From the NCBI GenBank assembly GCA_002269645.1, contig NIVC01000521.1, positions 62,001 through 126,000 of the forward strand: a DNA stretch of 64,000 bases. Direction: 5' to 3'. Both the position numbers and the translations under genes were made by a program. Below, piece after piece: positions 10,401-21,589 of the stretch. This stretch comes from Macrostomum lignano. Taxonomy: Eukaryota. Positions within the stretch are counted from its first letter, which is position 1, and the number at the start of each line of letters is the position of its first letter. The notes under the pieces were generated by a model. It ran no database searches. It saw only the letters and a list, made by a program, of their open reading frames with translations, and had not been told where the DNA came from.

Positions 10401-13063
10401 TCTCCTCGTCCGCGACCTTGGACAGCGACTTCTTTCTAAACTCTGGCCGTCTGCACGACCGTATTGCAGATCTGAGCAACGAATTCGAGGCGCAGTTTCT
10501 GTCGAATAAGACGCGCGCTTCGGCGAAGGACTGCGGTGTTGTAGGCGATGCAGCGTCGTGGGCAACCGACCGAGCGGTGCAGTGCGACTTGGTCGGTAAG
10601 ATAGACGCCTCATCCTGTTGAAGCCTTTTTGGCTCCAATGTTTGGGATTAAAACTTTAACTGGCACTATGGTTACTGAAACGATAGGCAATGGCATTGGT
10701 TAGCACTGAAATGATATACAATCGCATTGGTTAGCACTGAAATGACATGCAATGGCATTGGTTAGCACTGAAATGACATGCAATGGCATTGGTTAGCACT
10801 GAAATGATATACAATGGCATTGGTTAGCACTGAAATGATATACAATCGCATTGGTTAGCACTGAAATGACATGCAATGGCATTGGTTAGCACTGAAATGA
10901 CATGCAATGGCATTGGTTAGCACTGAAATGATATACAATGGCATTGGTTAGCACTGAAATGATATACAATCGCATTGGTTAGCACTGAAATGACATGCAA
11001 TGGCATTGGTTAGCACTGAAATGATATACAATGGCATTGGTTAGCACTGAAATGACATGCAATGGCATTGGTTAGCACTGAAATGATATACAATGGCATT
11101 GGTTAGCACTGAAATGATGTCCTTGATTCAACTGTATCTGCCTTTTAGAGTGCAAAGCCTGAGAGTTCGTTTGAAGTTCCCGGTCGAGAGTAGTTTAGTA
11201 CAATCTGCTCAAAATTGGCCTCTCTATTTCTCGCAATTTGACGCAGCTCAGAAAGCATCACTCCAAAGAGCACAGCATACTCAGGCTGAGCAGAAAATGA
11301 AATTGGACCATTAATCTTTTACCGCCGCAGAGTGAAGGAGCGTGATGGCGTGCGGTTGCCTGGCGTTTGTTTTACTGCTCACCCGCTCCGTGTGGACAGC
11401 GGGGACTCAGGGACAGCAGGAGCTGCTGAACTGTGTCGCGGATAGTTAATCTCATGTTAGTTATTTGGCTCAACTCGCCCGTTTGTAAATTAGAAATTTT
11501 AGAAGAATCAATAAGAGAGAATCGATAGAACCGGCGGGATAGGCCAACACAAAGCTGTCACGCTCTTATCTATTTGGTCTGAGTGCTTTTCTCTCGCTCT
11601 TTCTCTCTCAGTTGGTTTATACAATTCTGTTTTCAGAGATAGCTAGCGGGTCTGGCAATGATGCAGCTAGATAATAGCTAGTCAAACTACTACAGGGCTC
11701 AGACAGATAGATAAGGTCCGCGAGCTATAGCTAGTCGCGCACTTTTGTCTAAGCTGTCCCGGCTCAGTCGTTGGCCTAATTAGTCCTCTACTGCCTGACT
11801 GTGTGGAGTGGAATTGAGCAAATTGAATCAATTTGCGTCAAGCCTCCTGGGCCGACTTCTTCGCTAGCAATTTGTCAATTAGTAATTTGCTAGTATATTG
11901 ACGTCGATGCAATAATACAAACTTACTCTGGACAAATTAATTTTCATATTAGCTATTGCCTATTGTTGTGTGTTAAATGTCCAGACAGAGTGAACTAATG
12001 CTGATTTGGTAAACAGTGCGTGTTTTCCGGCATTTTGAGAGGCTAATCTCATTATGGATAGCAGGAATGGTTTTAATCTAAGCTGCATAATGAAGGTTCA
12101 CCTCCTTGATCTGAGAAGTTTACAGATCAAGGAGGTGATTTTGTTGGTTTACAGGAGGTATCTCAGCTTGAATAACACACGGGTATCTCAGCTTGAATAA
12201 CACACGGGTATCTCAGCTTGAATAACACACGGGTATCTCAGCTTGAATAATACACGGGTTTCTCAGCTTGAATAACACACGGGTTTCTCAGCTTGAATAA
12301 CACACGGGTATCTCAGCTCTCTCTCGCTACATTGCAGACAGCCAAGCCAACTCAGAAGTCTCGAAAGCGGCGGCAGCGCCGCTGGAGCCTCCTCCAGTTG
12401 CGTTTTACCTTGTTCCATTTCCGACGCCCTGGGTGCCTCCTCCGCCCCCGACTCCTCCGCCTCCGCCGCCTCCGCCGCCTCCAACGCCCCCACCGCCGTC
12501 GACAGCTCGCGCTGTCAATCCAGCACAGCAGCAGGTGTCGCTGCCAAAACCGCCGCTGCCGTCAATGGCCGGGTCTGCCAGCCTGTGCCACTGGGGCGTC
12601 GGCGGCGGCGCCTTCTACTGGCCGGGCCTGGTGCGCCAGCCGGCCGACGCGAAACTGCGGGTTCGCCGAGTCACCCTGCAGCGCGTCAACGGTGCCTTCG
12701 GCCTGTCGCTGATCGCCAGGCCGGACAGCGGCGGCAGCGGCGGGGGCCACGCCGGATTGACGAGGTTCTTCGTCTCGTCTGTGGCCACCGGCAGCGGAGC
12801 GCAGCTGCAGGTGAGAATTGAACTCAGTCATTCACCCACCCACTTACTCACTCACTCACTCACTCAGCCTCCTCTTCAAGGATGTGCAGCCAGGCGATGA
12901 GGTGGTGAAGCTGGACAACAGCCCCGTGGGGGGCATGTCGCTGATGGAGCTCGGTTTGGCGATTCGCAGCCGCAGCCGGATGGAGCTCAGCCTCCGAACA
13001 GCTCGACTAGTCGGGACCGACTGCGGCGCCGCAGCGACTGACGCAGCTGGAGAAGTCATCTGA
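7417..13063 (+). CDS. Harmonin-N-like (HHD) + acidic/Pro-rich + C-terminal PDZ scaffold (whirlin/PDZD7-like C-terminal architecture); exons 7417-7977, 8617-9176, 9309-9400, 10239-10595, 12338-12810, 12881-13063 (741 aa)
   Basis: N-term LHRAARQALTSDECRTFKAALRAFRETSTTEQLVSDLQKLLDAPKKLDLLREIALLISANQRHEF matches the harmonin_N-like pattern. Poly-Pro tracts in exons 2 and 5. PDZ: VRRVTLQRVNGAFGLSLI...FFVSSVATGSGAQLQ|DVQPGDEVVKLDNSPVGGMSLMELGLAIRSRSRMELSLR. All five introns are GT-AG and phase-consistent (0,2,1,1,0); total 2226 nt. Confidence 0.8.
10688..11118. repeat. 31-bp minisatellite (AATGGCATTGGTTAGCACTGAAATGATATAC)n
   Basis: About 14 tandem copies with two alternating variants, in intron 4 of the PDZ gene. 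Confidence 0.95.
12157..12316. repeat. 25-bp minisatellite (GGTATCTCAGCTTGAATAACACACG)n
   Basis: About 6 copies just upstream of the exon 5 acceptor. Confidence 0.9.
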
Positions 13064-13568
13064 CCAACCGGGTTGTCGTGGCGTTGAAAACTCTTCTTCA
13101 AAGTTAATTAGTTAAGCAATCTTTAAAATATTAATTAGTGACATATAGGACAAGTGTTCGAGAAGATACATGTGATCTAGAATTAATAATAAAAAACCAA
13201 TTATCAACATTTGTAAGTCGACGCGTTTCGCACTCCGTGGTGCATCTTCGGGTTTATTTTATTAGAACGAACAAAAAAACTGAGGCTAACGATAATACAT
13301 ATTTGTGTGAGGCAAAAAAATGAATTTTTTGATGAGTAATTACCTGCCTATTGATCTTCGGACAAATTAAATTGTCTTACTTAATCGCGAATGAATCAAA
13401 TAGAAACTTGCTGGATAATTTTGCTGGGAGTAGGCACGTACCTAACTGCAACTCCACACAAGCCCAAGTCTGCGAGTAAATTAGCATACAGCTAAAAGTA
13501 CATTTAATCCCCGAGTGTGCCTAAAATCAATTGAAAAAAATACAATTTTCTCCTGATATCGTCTAAAC

Positions 13569-13922
13569 CAGGGGTCGGCAAACTCCGGCCCGCCAAACCT
13601 GGCGTCCCTCGGGTACTTCGAAACTCCAAAATAGCAATCCAGCCCACTTAAGGTTTGTGCCCTCTTCTCTCATCTCTCTTCTCTCCATCCATTCCCTCCT
13701 CTCCCTTCTCTCATCTCCTCTTTCTTCTCTCCTCTCCCTTCTCTCCTCTCCTCTCCCTTCTCTCCTCTCCTCTCCCTTCTCTCATCTCCTCTTTCTTCTC
13801 TCCTCTCCCTTCTCTCCTCTCCTCTCCCTTCTCTCCTCTCCTCTCCCTTCTCTCCTCTCCTCTCCCTTCTCTTCTCTCCTCTCCCTTCTCTCCTCTCCAT
13901 TTCCCCTCCCTTCTCTTCTCTC
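13569..13922 (+). mobile_element. Second, apparently truncated copy of the hAT/Charlie-like element, followed by a CT-rich minisatellite
   Basis: Starts CAGGGGTCGGCAAACTCCGGCCCGCCAAACC...AATAGCAATCCAGCCCACTTAAGGTTTGTG, alignable to the reverse complement of 7215-7313, then a CT-rich array. The preceding 8 bp GTCTAAAC resemble the Charlie target preference. No distal TIR found. Confidence 0.6.
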
Positions 13923-13953
13923 TTGTGTTGGGATGGCTTAACACATTAGAGTG

Positions 13954-14222
13954 AAGAATCACACAGCAGCAGTCAAGAATCACACAGCAACAGTCAAGAA
14001 TCACACAGCAGCAGTCAAGAATCACACAGCAACAGTCAAGAATCACACAGCAACAGTCAAGAATCACACAGCAACAGTCAAGAATCACACAGCAGCAGTC
14101 AAGAATCACACAGCAACAGTCAAGAATCACACAGCAACAGTCAAGAATCACACAGCAACAGTCAAGAATCACACAGCAGCAGTCAAGAATCACACAGCAG
14201 CAGTCAAGAATCACACAGCAGC
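13954..14222. repeat. 21-bp minisatellite (AAGAATCACACAGCA[G/A]CAGTC)n
   Basis: About 13 tandem copies. Confidence 0.95.
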
Positions 14223-14704
14223 ATGTTGTAAAGAATTTAACTGTAAAAATATTTGTTATGTCCACTTGATTCTACTATGGCACGCATATAAAGTAGTGAA
14301 TTAAACATATCAATCGAAAAACGACTTTAGACATGTCGTTTTAATTTATATGATGTCATAATATATGAGGCCACTGTATACCTTGTGTGAGCGTACATAT
14401 GAGTGCTGTGCCTGCGTACAGTATTGGCGCGCTTGCATATGCTCAGGAGTCAGCGGAATGGACAAGAATTATCTTAGCCATCTTGCAATTGTTATCATTT
14501 ATCAAGGAGTGCTTCTAGTCCAGTTTCCTGTATTTTAAAAGTCCATGACTAAACTGACATGAACATCTAAAAATAATATCTGGACTAAAGGAATCCTAAG
14601 CAAGGAAATTTCTAGAAAATATCTATGACCAAAAAACGTTAGAAAAAATTTCTGAATGGACCCCGAGCGCGTGATGAGCTGGCTATAAATATTTATGTAT
14701 AGTC

Positions 14705-15061
14705 ATGGTGTACTCGCAGCACAGCTACGCATTGTCTGGCCGGCTGCCAACCTGCTCAGAGCTGGCCGGCCTGATCCGAGTACACGTGCTGTTCCGCGGC
14801 CAGGGCAGCTTCGCCTGCTTGGACCGGCTGCAGCAGACCCTGGCCGTCGGCCACCCGGATGTCCTGCTGGTCAGCCGGATCGGCCGTCGCGAAGGCTTCA
14901 CCGTGTTCATCAACGGGGCCCTGGTGTACGAGAGGTCCACATCGTCAGCTAGTTCAACGGATCCTTTCACGGACCGCCTGCTGGCCTGGGTGGTCAAGCA
15001 GATCCACAATGCTAGGCAGGGCCTGCCGTGCACCCAGACTCATCCTATCTCAGCGACCTAG
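14705..15061 (+). CDS. Rdx-family (SelW/SelT/SelH/MIEN1-like) thioredoxin-fold protein lacking the CxxC/CxxU motif, 118 aa, intronless
   Basis: IRVHVLF-RGQG-SFACLDRLQQTLAVGHPDVLLVSRIGRREGFTVFINGALVYER aligns by eye with the MIEN1/SelW core (VRIVVEY-CEPC-GF...[28 protein letters not shown]). GC-rich codon usage like the other exons here. Confidence 0.65.
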   Translation: MVYSQHSYALSGRLPTCSELAGLIRVHVLFRGQGSFACLDRLQQTLAVGHPDVLLVSRIGRREGFTVFINGALVYERSTSSASSTDPFTDRLLAWVVKQIHNARQGLPCTQTHPISAT

Positions 15062-15170
15062 TCCGGCATCCTCTGCGTGACCCTTCGGTTTTGCGTTGTT
15101 TATTTCTGCCACGGATTCTGCTCTTTAATTTGATTTTAGAACAAAGCATGACTTCATTTAGCTAACAAGA

Positions 15171-17402
15171 TTATTTGAATTTGCCGCGTTTCTGAGCTTT
15201 ACAAAGTTTGGCTTCAGAACAGACTGAGGCTGAGAACAGGGAGCAGGGAAAATATGCAGATCTGAGACCGAGTGGTTGATGAGAACAGTGTGAGAATAGT
15301 GGAGAACAGTGTGAGAATACAGAACAGTGTGAGAATAGAATGAGAACAGTGTGAGAATAGAGTGAGAACAGTGTGAGAAGAGAATGAGAACAGTGTGAGA
15401 AGAGAATGAGAACAGTGTGAGAAGAGAATGAGAACAGTGTGAGAATAGGATAAGAACAGTGTGAGAATAGGATGAGAACAGTGTGAGAATAGAGTGAGAA
15501 CAGTGTGAGAATAGAATGAGAACAGTGTGAGAATAGAGTGAGAACAGTGTGAGAATAGAATGAGAACAGTGTGAGAATAGAATGAGAACAGTGTGAGAAG
15601 AGAATGAGAACAGTGTGAGAAGAGAATGAGAACAGTGTGAGAATAGGATAAGAACAGTGTGAGAAGAGAGTGAAAACAGTGTGAGAAGAGAGTGAGAACA
15701 GTATGAGAATAGAATGAGAACAGTGTGAGAATAGAGTGAGAACAGTGTGAGAATAGAATGAGAACAGTGTGAGAATAGAGTGAGAACAGTGTGAGAATAG
15801 AATGAGAACAGTGTGAGAATATAGTGAGAACAGTGTGAGAATAGAGTGAGAACAGTATGAGAATAGAATGAGAACAGTGTGAGAATATAGTGAGAACAGT
15901 GTGAGAATAGAGTGAGAACAGTATGAGAAAAGAATGAGAACAGTGTGAGAATATAGTGAGAACAGTGTGAGAATAGAGTGAGAACAGTGTGAGAATAGAG
16001 TGAGAACAGTGTGAGAATAGAATGAGAACAGTGTGAGAAGAGAATGAGAACAGTGTGAGAAGAGAATGAGAACAGTGTGAGAATAGGATAAGAACAGTGT
16101 GAGAAGAGAGTGAAAACAGTGTGAGAAGAGAGTGAGAACAGTATGAGAATAGAATGAGAACAGTGTGAGAATAGAGTGAGAACAGTGTGAGAATAGAATG
16201 AGAACAGTGTGAGAATAGAGTGAGAACAGTGTGAGAATAGAATGAGAACAGTGTGAGAATAGAGTGAGAACAGTGTGAGAATAGAATGAGAACAGTGTGA
16301 GAATAGAGTGAGAACAGTGTGAGAATAGAGTGAGAACAGTATGAGAATAGAATGAGAACAGTGTGAGAATATAGTGAGAACAGTGTGAGAAGAGAGTGAG
16401 AACAGTGTGAGAATAGGATGATAACAGTGTGAGAAGAGAATGAGAACAGTGTGAGAATAGAATGAGAACAGTGTGAGAAGAGAGTGAGAACAGTGTGAGA
16501 AGAGAGTGAGAACAGTGTGAGAATAGAGTGAGAACAGTGTGAGAAGAGAATGAGAACAGTGTGAGAATAGAATGAGAACAGTGTGAGAAGAGAGTGAGAA
16601 CAGTGTGAGAATAGGATGATAACAGTGTGAGAAGAGAATGAGAACTGTTAGAAGAGAGTGAGAACACTGTGAGAATAGAGTGAGAACAGTGTGAGAAGCG
16701 AATGAGAACAGTGTGAGAATAGAATGAGAACAGTGTGAGAAGAGAGTGAGAACAGTGTGAGAAGAGAGTGAGAACAGTGTGAGAATAGGATGATAACAGT
16801 GTGAGAAGAGAATGAGAACTGTTAGAAGAGAGTGAGAACACTGTGAGAAGAGAGTGAGAACAGTGTGAGAAGAGAGTGAGAACAGTGTGAGAATAGGATG
16901 ATAACAGTGTGAGAAGAGAGTGAGAACAGTGTGAGAAGAGAGTGAGAACAGTGTGAGAAGAGAGTGAGAACAGTGTGAGAATAGGATGATAACAGTGTGA
17001 GAAGAGAGTGAGAACAGTGTTAGAAGAGAGTGAGAACACTGTGAGAAGAGAGTGAGAACACTGTGAGAAGAGAGTGAGAACAGTGTGAGAAGAGAGTGAG
17101 AACAGTGTGAGAATAGGATGATAACAGTGTGAGAAGAGAGTGAGAACAGTGTGAGAAGAGAGTGAGAACAGTTACAAGATAATGAGAAGTGCTTGAGAGC
17201 AGATGCAAGTGACCTCGAGGGGACTCTAATAATCGAGTATTTGTATCCGGACAAATGGTGCAGATCTCGAACTGGGCCAAAATATGAGCTGCATCTTGTT
17301 ATAACCGCTTCCCACGCCTAATACGCCAGTACAAGCGGCAAAATTTCTTATAAGTGACTGCCACTCACCCGCTCTTCGGCATATAAAGTGGCTCACAGCC
17401 AT
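15171..17402 (-). CDS. Possible small 3-exon gene (17402-17369, 17294-17214, 15229-15171; 57 aa), unknown function
   Basis: ATG...GCGG|GTGAGT donor, an 81-nt phase-1 middle exon, acceptor CCCTGTTCTCAG and a minus-strand AATAAA at 15099-15104. Product MAVSHFICRRADAAHILAQFEICTICPDTNTRLLESPRASVCSEAKLCKAQKRGKFK. Other splice choices are possible; no family recognised. Confidence 0.3.
15280..17171. repeat. 22-bp minisatellite (GAGAACAGTGTGAGAA[T/G]AGA[G/A]T)n, ~1.9 kb
   Basis: Direct reading; source of the 600-700 aa spurious ORFs. Confidence 0.97.
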
Positions 17403-17737
17403 AAAACAGCCCGCCCTCCTCCCTTCTCCACTAACCCCGCCTCTCAATTCTCACGGGGCGCGACACGCGCGCAGATGAAGAATTGCGCGTAGGCGCACGC
17501 GCGAGCTAGTAAATAAAGCTCCGAAGCTGAGTTGGTTTTTGTGTGGTGTGGAACCAGAGTTATCATCCGGACTCGAGCCTGAGTTAATTCGATAGAATAT
17601 AAATATTATTGAGGCTTTCATTCTCTAAGCATACTGGTACTTTTTTTAATGAGATAATTGATTGCCTATATGGCTAAAACTGGTTGATTGGATGAGACTT
17701 CTGTTCAATCAGGGTCTTTGACGGATACGGTTTCATA

Positions 17738-19372
17738 TGGATGAGATCTCGTAGGGATGAGATCTCGTAGGGGTGAGATCTCGTAGGGATGAGATCTCGT
17801 AGGGATGAGATCTCGTAGGGATGAGATCTCGTAGGGATGAGATCTCGTAGGGATGAGATCTCGTAGGGATGAGATCTCGTAGGGATGAGATCTCGTAGGG
17901 ATGAGATCTCGTAGGGATGAGATGTCTTAGGGATCTCGTAGGATGAGATCTCGTAGGGATGAGATCTCGTAGGGATGAGATCTCTTAGGGATCTCGTAGG
18001 ATGAGATCTCGTAGGGATGAGATCTCGTAGGGATGCGATCTCTTAGGGATCTCGTAGGATGAGATCTCGTAGGGATGAGATCTCGTAGGGATGAGATCTC
18101 GTAGGGATGAGATCTCGTAGGGATGAGATCTCGTAGGGATGAGATCTCGTAGGGATGAGATCTCGTAGGGATGAGATCTCGTAGGGATGAGATCTCGTAG
18201 GGATGAGATCTCGTAGGGATGAGATCTTGTAGGGATGAGATCTCGTAGGGATGAGATCTCGTAGGGATGAGATCTCGTAGGGATGAGATCTCGTAGGGAT
18301 GAGATGTCTTAGGGATCTCGTAGGATGAGATCTCGTAGGGATGAGATCTCGTAGGGATGAGATCTCTTAGGGATCTCGTAGGATGAGATCTCGTAGGGAT
18401 GAGATCTCTTAGGGATGAGATCTCTTAGGGATCTCGTAGGATGAGATCTCGTAGGGATGAGATCTCGTAGGGATGAGATCTCGTAGGGATGAGATCTCGT
18501 AGGGATGAGATCTCGTAGGGATGAGATCTCGTAGGGATGAGATCTCGTAGGGATGAGATCTCGTAGGGATGAGATCTCGTAGGGATGAGATCTCGTAGGG
18601 ATGAGATAGAATTGATGGAATCTCATGCAAATGGGATCTCAGTAGGATCGAATCTCAAAAAGTTGGAATCTCATTTGGAATGGAATCTAATAGGGATGGA
18701 ATCTCATAGGGATGGAATCTCATAGGGATGGAATCTCATAGGGATGGAATCTCATAGGGATGGAATCTCATAGGGATGGAATCTCATAGGGATGGAATCT
18801 CATAGGGATGGAATCTCATAGGGATGGAATCTCATAGGGATGGAATCTCATAGGGATGGAATCTCATAGGGATGGAATCTCATAGGGATGGAATCTCATA
18901 GGGATGGAATCTCATAGGGATGGAATCTCATAGGGATGGAATCTCATAGGGATGGAATCTCATAGGGATGGAATCTCATAGGGATGGAATCTCATAGGGA
19001 TGGAATCTCATAGGGATGGAATCTAATAGGGATGGAATCTCATAAGGATGGAATCTCATATGGATGGAATCTCATAGGGATGGAATCGAATCTAATAGGA
19101 ATGGAATCTCATAAGGATGGAATCTCATAGGGATGGAATCGAATCTAATAGGGATGGAATCTAATAGGGATGGAATCTCATAAGGATGGAATCTCATAGG
19201 GATGGAATCGAATCTCATAGGGATGGAATCTCATAGGGATGGAATCGAATCTAATAGGGATGGAATCTCATAAGGATGGAATCTCATAGGGATGGAATCT
19301 CATAGGGATGGAATCTCATAGGGATGGAATCTCATAGGGATGGAATCTCATAGGGATGGAACTTCATAGGTA
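17738..19372. repeat. Two abutting related 16-bp arrays: (ATGAGATCTCGTAGGG)n 17738-18606 and (ATGGAATCTCATAGGG)n ~18685-19372
   Basis: Direct reading. Confidence 0.97.
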
Positions 19373-19696
19373 TATATCTCATAAGGTTGGTTACAGTGAG
19401 TTGAGATTGCGCCACAATGACACTCTTATATCCAACTCTGTATTCTGTAAAGAGACGGGAGAAATCAAAGCAGAAAGCATCGCAGTGGCTGGTTGAGAGT
19501 CCTACTTACGGCTCGTAATTAGTGCAGCATGCGGGTTGCCTAATCGGGGTGGTAGCCGGGTTCTGCTCCCCAGCTCTGCAGAAATTAATTTGCACCTACG
19601 GAATTCGAAACAAGGCGCTAATTAGAGCTAAAAAAATTTGCTTCACTGGCGGACCCTCTCCCCGTTTGTTTCATTTTGCTTCAGCACTTGGATCTA

Positions 19697-20972
19697 ATTG
19701 CTGCCGGAGTCGGGTAGCGATTAACCGCCCGAACGCCCCCGGATTCTCCTATTGATATCTGAGGTGCCTGCTATTCGGGCGCGAACTCGGGCTTTGCAAA
19801 TTAATATTTTGCCTACCCTGCCTACCCTGCCTACCCTGCCTACCCTGTCTACTCTGCCTACCCTGCCTTCCCTGCCTACCCTGCCTACCCTGGCATTATA
19901 TGGTGCATTCTGCATTGTAGGCAGGGTAGATATAGTAGGCACTGTACGTAAGTTGATCAGGGCAAAAAGGTATAGGCAGGTTAGGTAGGGTAGGCAAATT
20001 ATTCTAGGGTAGACAAAGTAGGTAGGGTAGGCAGGGTATGCAGGGTAGGCAGGGTAGGCAGGGTAGGCAGGGTAGGCAGGGTAGGCAGGGTAGGCAGGGT
20101 AGGTAGGGTAGGCAGGGTAGGCAGGGTAGGTAGGGTAGGCAAAGTTGGTAGAGTAGACAGGGTAGGCAGGGCAGGGTAGGCAGGGTAGGCAGGGTAGGCA
20201 GGGTGGCAGGGTAAAAAAAATTTATGAAAATGAAACTCTATAAGCTCTAATCACACAGCTATAGAACACATAACAGAGCACTAGCTAACATACTGTGCAT
20301 GCTACGAGTAAATTAAAAAAATGATAATCTTTTTCTGCCGCTGATCACATGCAATCATTGGTTGTGATGAAAAAAATGACTTTTTCCTATCTCCGCAACG
20401 TATTTTTACCAGGAAATTGGCTTTCGAAAAATTACCCGTGGCAGGGTAGGCAGGATAGCTAGAGTGGCCAGGGTATGGCATGGTAGGTAAAGTAGGCAGG
20501 GTAGGTAGCGGAATGGGCGACGCTCGCCTCCCCGCTGCATCTTCGGACCGCCCTGCAGCTAAGGCAGGGTAGGCAGGGTAGTCAGGGTAGGCAGGGAAGG
20601 CAGGGTAGGCAGAGTAGGCAGGGTAGGCAGCGTAGGCAGGGTAGGCAGAGTGGGCGGGGTAAGCAAAGTACAGGCAAAGGGCAGGATAGCTAGGGTGGCC
20701 TCTGCCACCCTGCCCTGCCTACCCTGCTTATCCTACCTACTTTGTCTACCCTAGAATAATTTGTCTACCGTACCTACCCTGCCTACCCTACCTACTTTGT
20801 CTACCCTAGAATAATTTGCCTACCCTACCTAACCTGTCTATACCTTTTTGCCCTGACCAACTTACGTACAGTGCCTACTATATCTACCCTGTCTACCCTC
20901 TCTACCCTGCCTACAATGCAATAATGTTAATTAATCGAACTTCAGTTAATTTCGCTAATCTCCCCGGCAGCC
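19697..20972. mobile_element. Foldback-like structure with long inverted arms built of 9-bp (CCTACCCTG/CAGGGTAGG) repeats
   Basis: 19911-~20040 is the reverse complement of ~20780-20920, including unique sequence (GATATAGTAGGCACTGTACGTAAGTTG.TCAGGGCAAAAAGGTATAG / CTATACCTTTTTGCCCTGACCAACTTACGTACAGTGCCTACTATATC). Four 9-mer arrays in both orientations. Confidence 0.6.
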
Positions 20973-21355
20973 CGCATTGGAGTCTGCCTTCTGTTTAGAA
21001 AGCCAATCAAGGCCATCCAAAACGTGTGCATCAAACAGAAGGTATCAATCTTCCAGAATCCGACCACTAGCCTCATCAGTAGCTAGCTAATCAACTAGGT
21101 TGGCTTTCTAGAGCAAATGAGTTAGGAATTAATGCAAGTAGCAGGAGATGGCAATGTCTGAAGATGGTAAGCAACAAAGAAATAACTGATACACAGACTG
21201 CTAAACTAGAATACTCGAGTAGTTAGAACCGAGCTGGCCTTGTCGCTGGGGGGCAGTAGCGCCGGCCGATTCCTCCAATGAAGACGAATAGTTAACTATT
21301 TCCCGAATTCAAATACAAATTTTAAATGATGAGGAGCTAAGAGAGATGATAACCC

Positions 21356-21388
<33 letters not shown>

Positions 21389-21589
21389 GTAAATACTGAA
21401 CTCGCTGCTGAAATGAATTCATTCTGAGAATATCTATCCATCTATTCAATTTATTTTTTTGGTAAAAACGGCTTAATGTATGCCGAATTTTATCGGGAAA
21501 TCCCCTGCTAACAGCGAAATGGGATGCCAGAGTCCAGGAAAGAGGGAGAGAAAGATGAAGGAAGGAGACAGAGGGAGAGGGAGAGACAG

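Noticed and set aside
11340-11450. Short signal-peptide-like ORF MACGCLAFVLLLTRSVW... in PDZ-gene intron 4
   Set aside because: Only ~34 codons, no supporting donor, and not needed for the host gene model.
14670-15120. Selenocysteine recoding or SECIS in the Rdx-like gene
   Set aside because: No in-frame TGA at the motif position and no recognisable SECIS downstream.
21040-21130. Minus-strand CTGATGAG as a hammerhead ribozyme core (also ~59720)
   Set aside because: No GAAA after a credible stem II and no closing stems.
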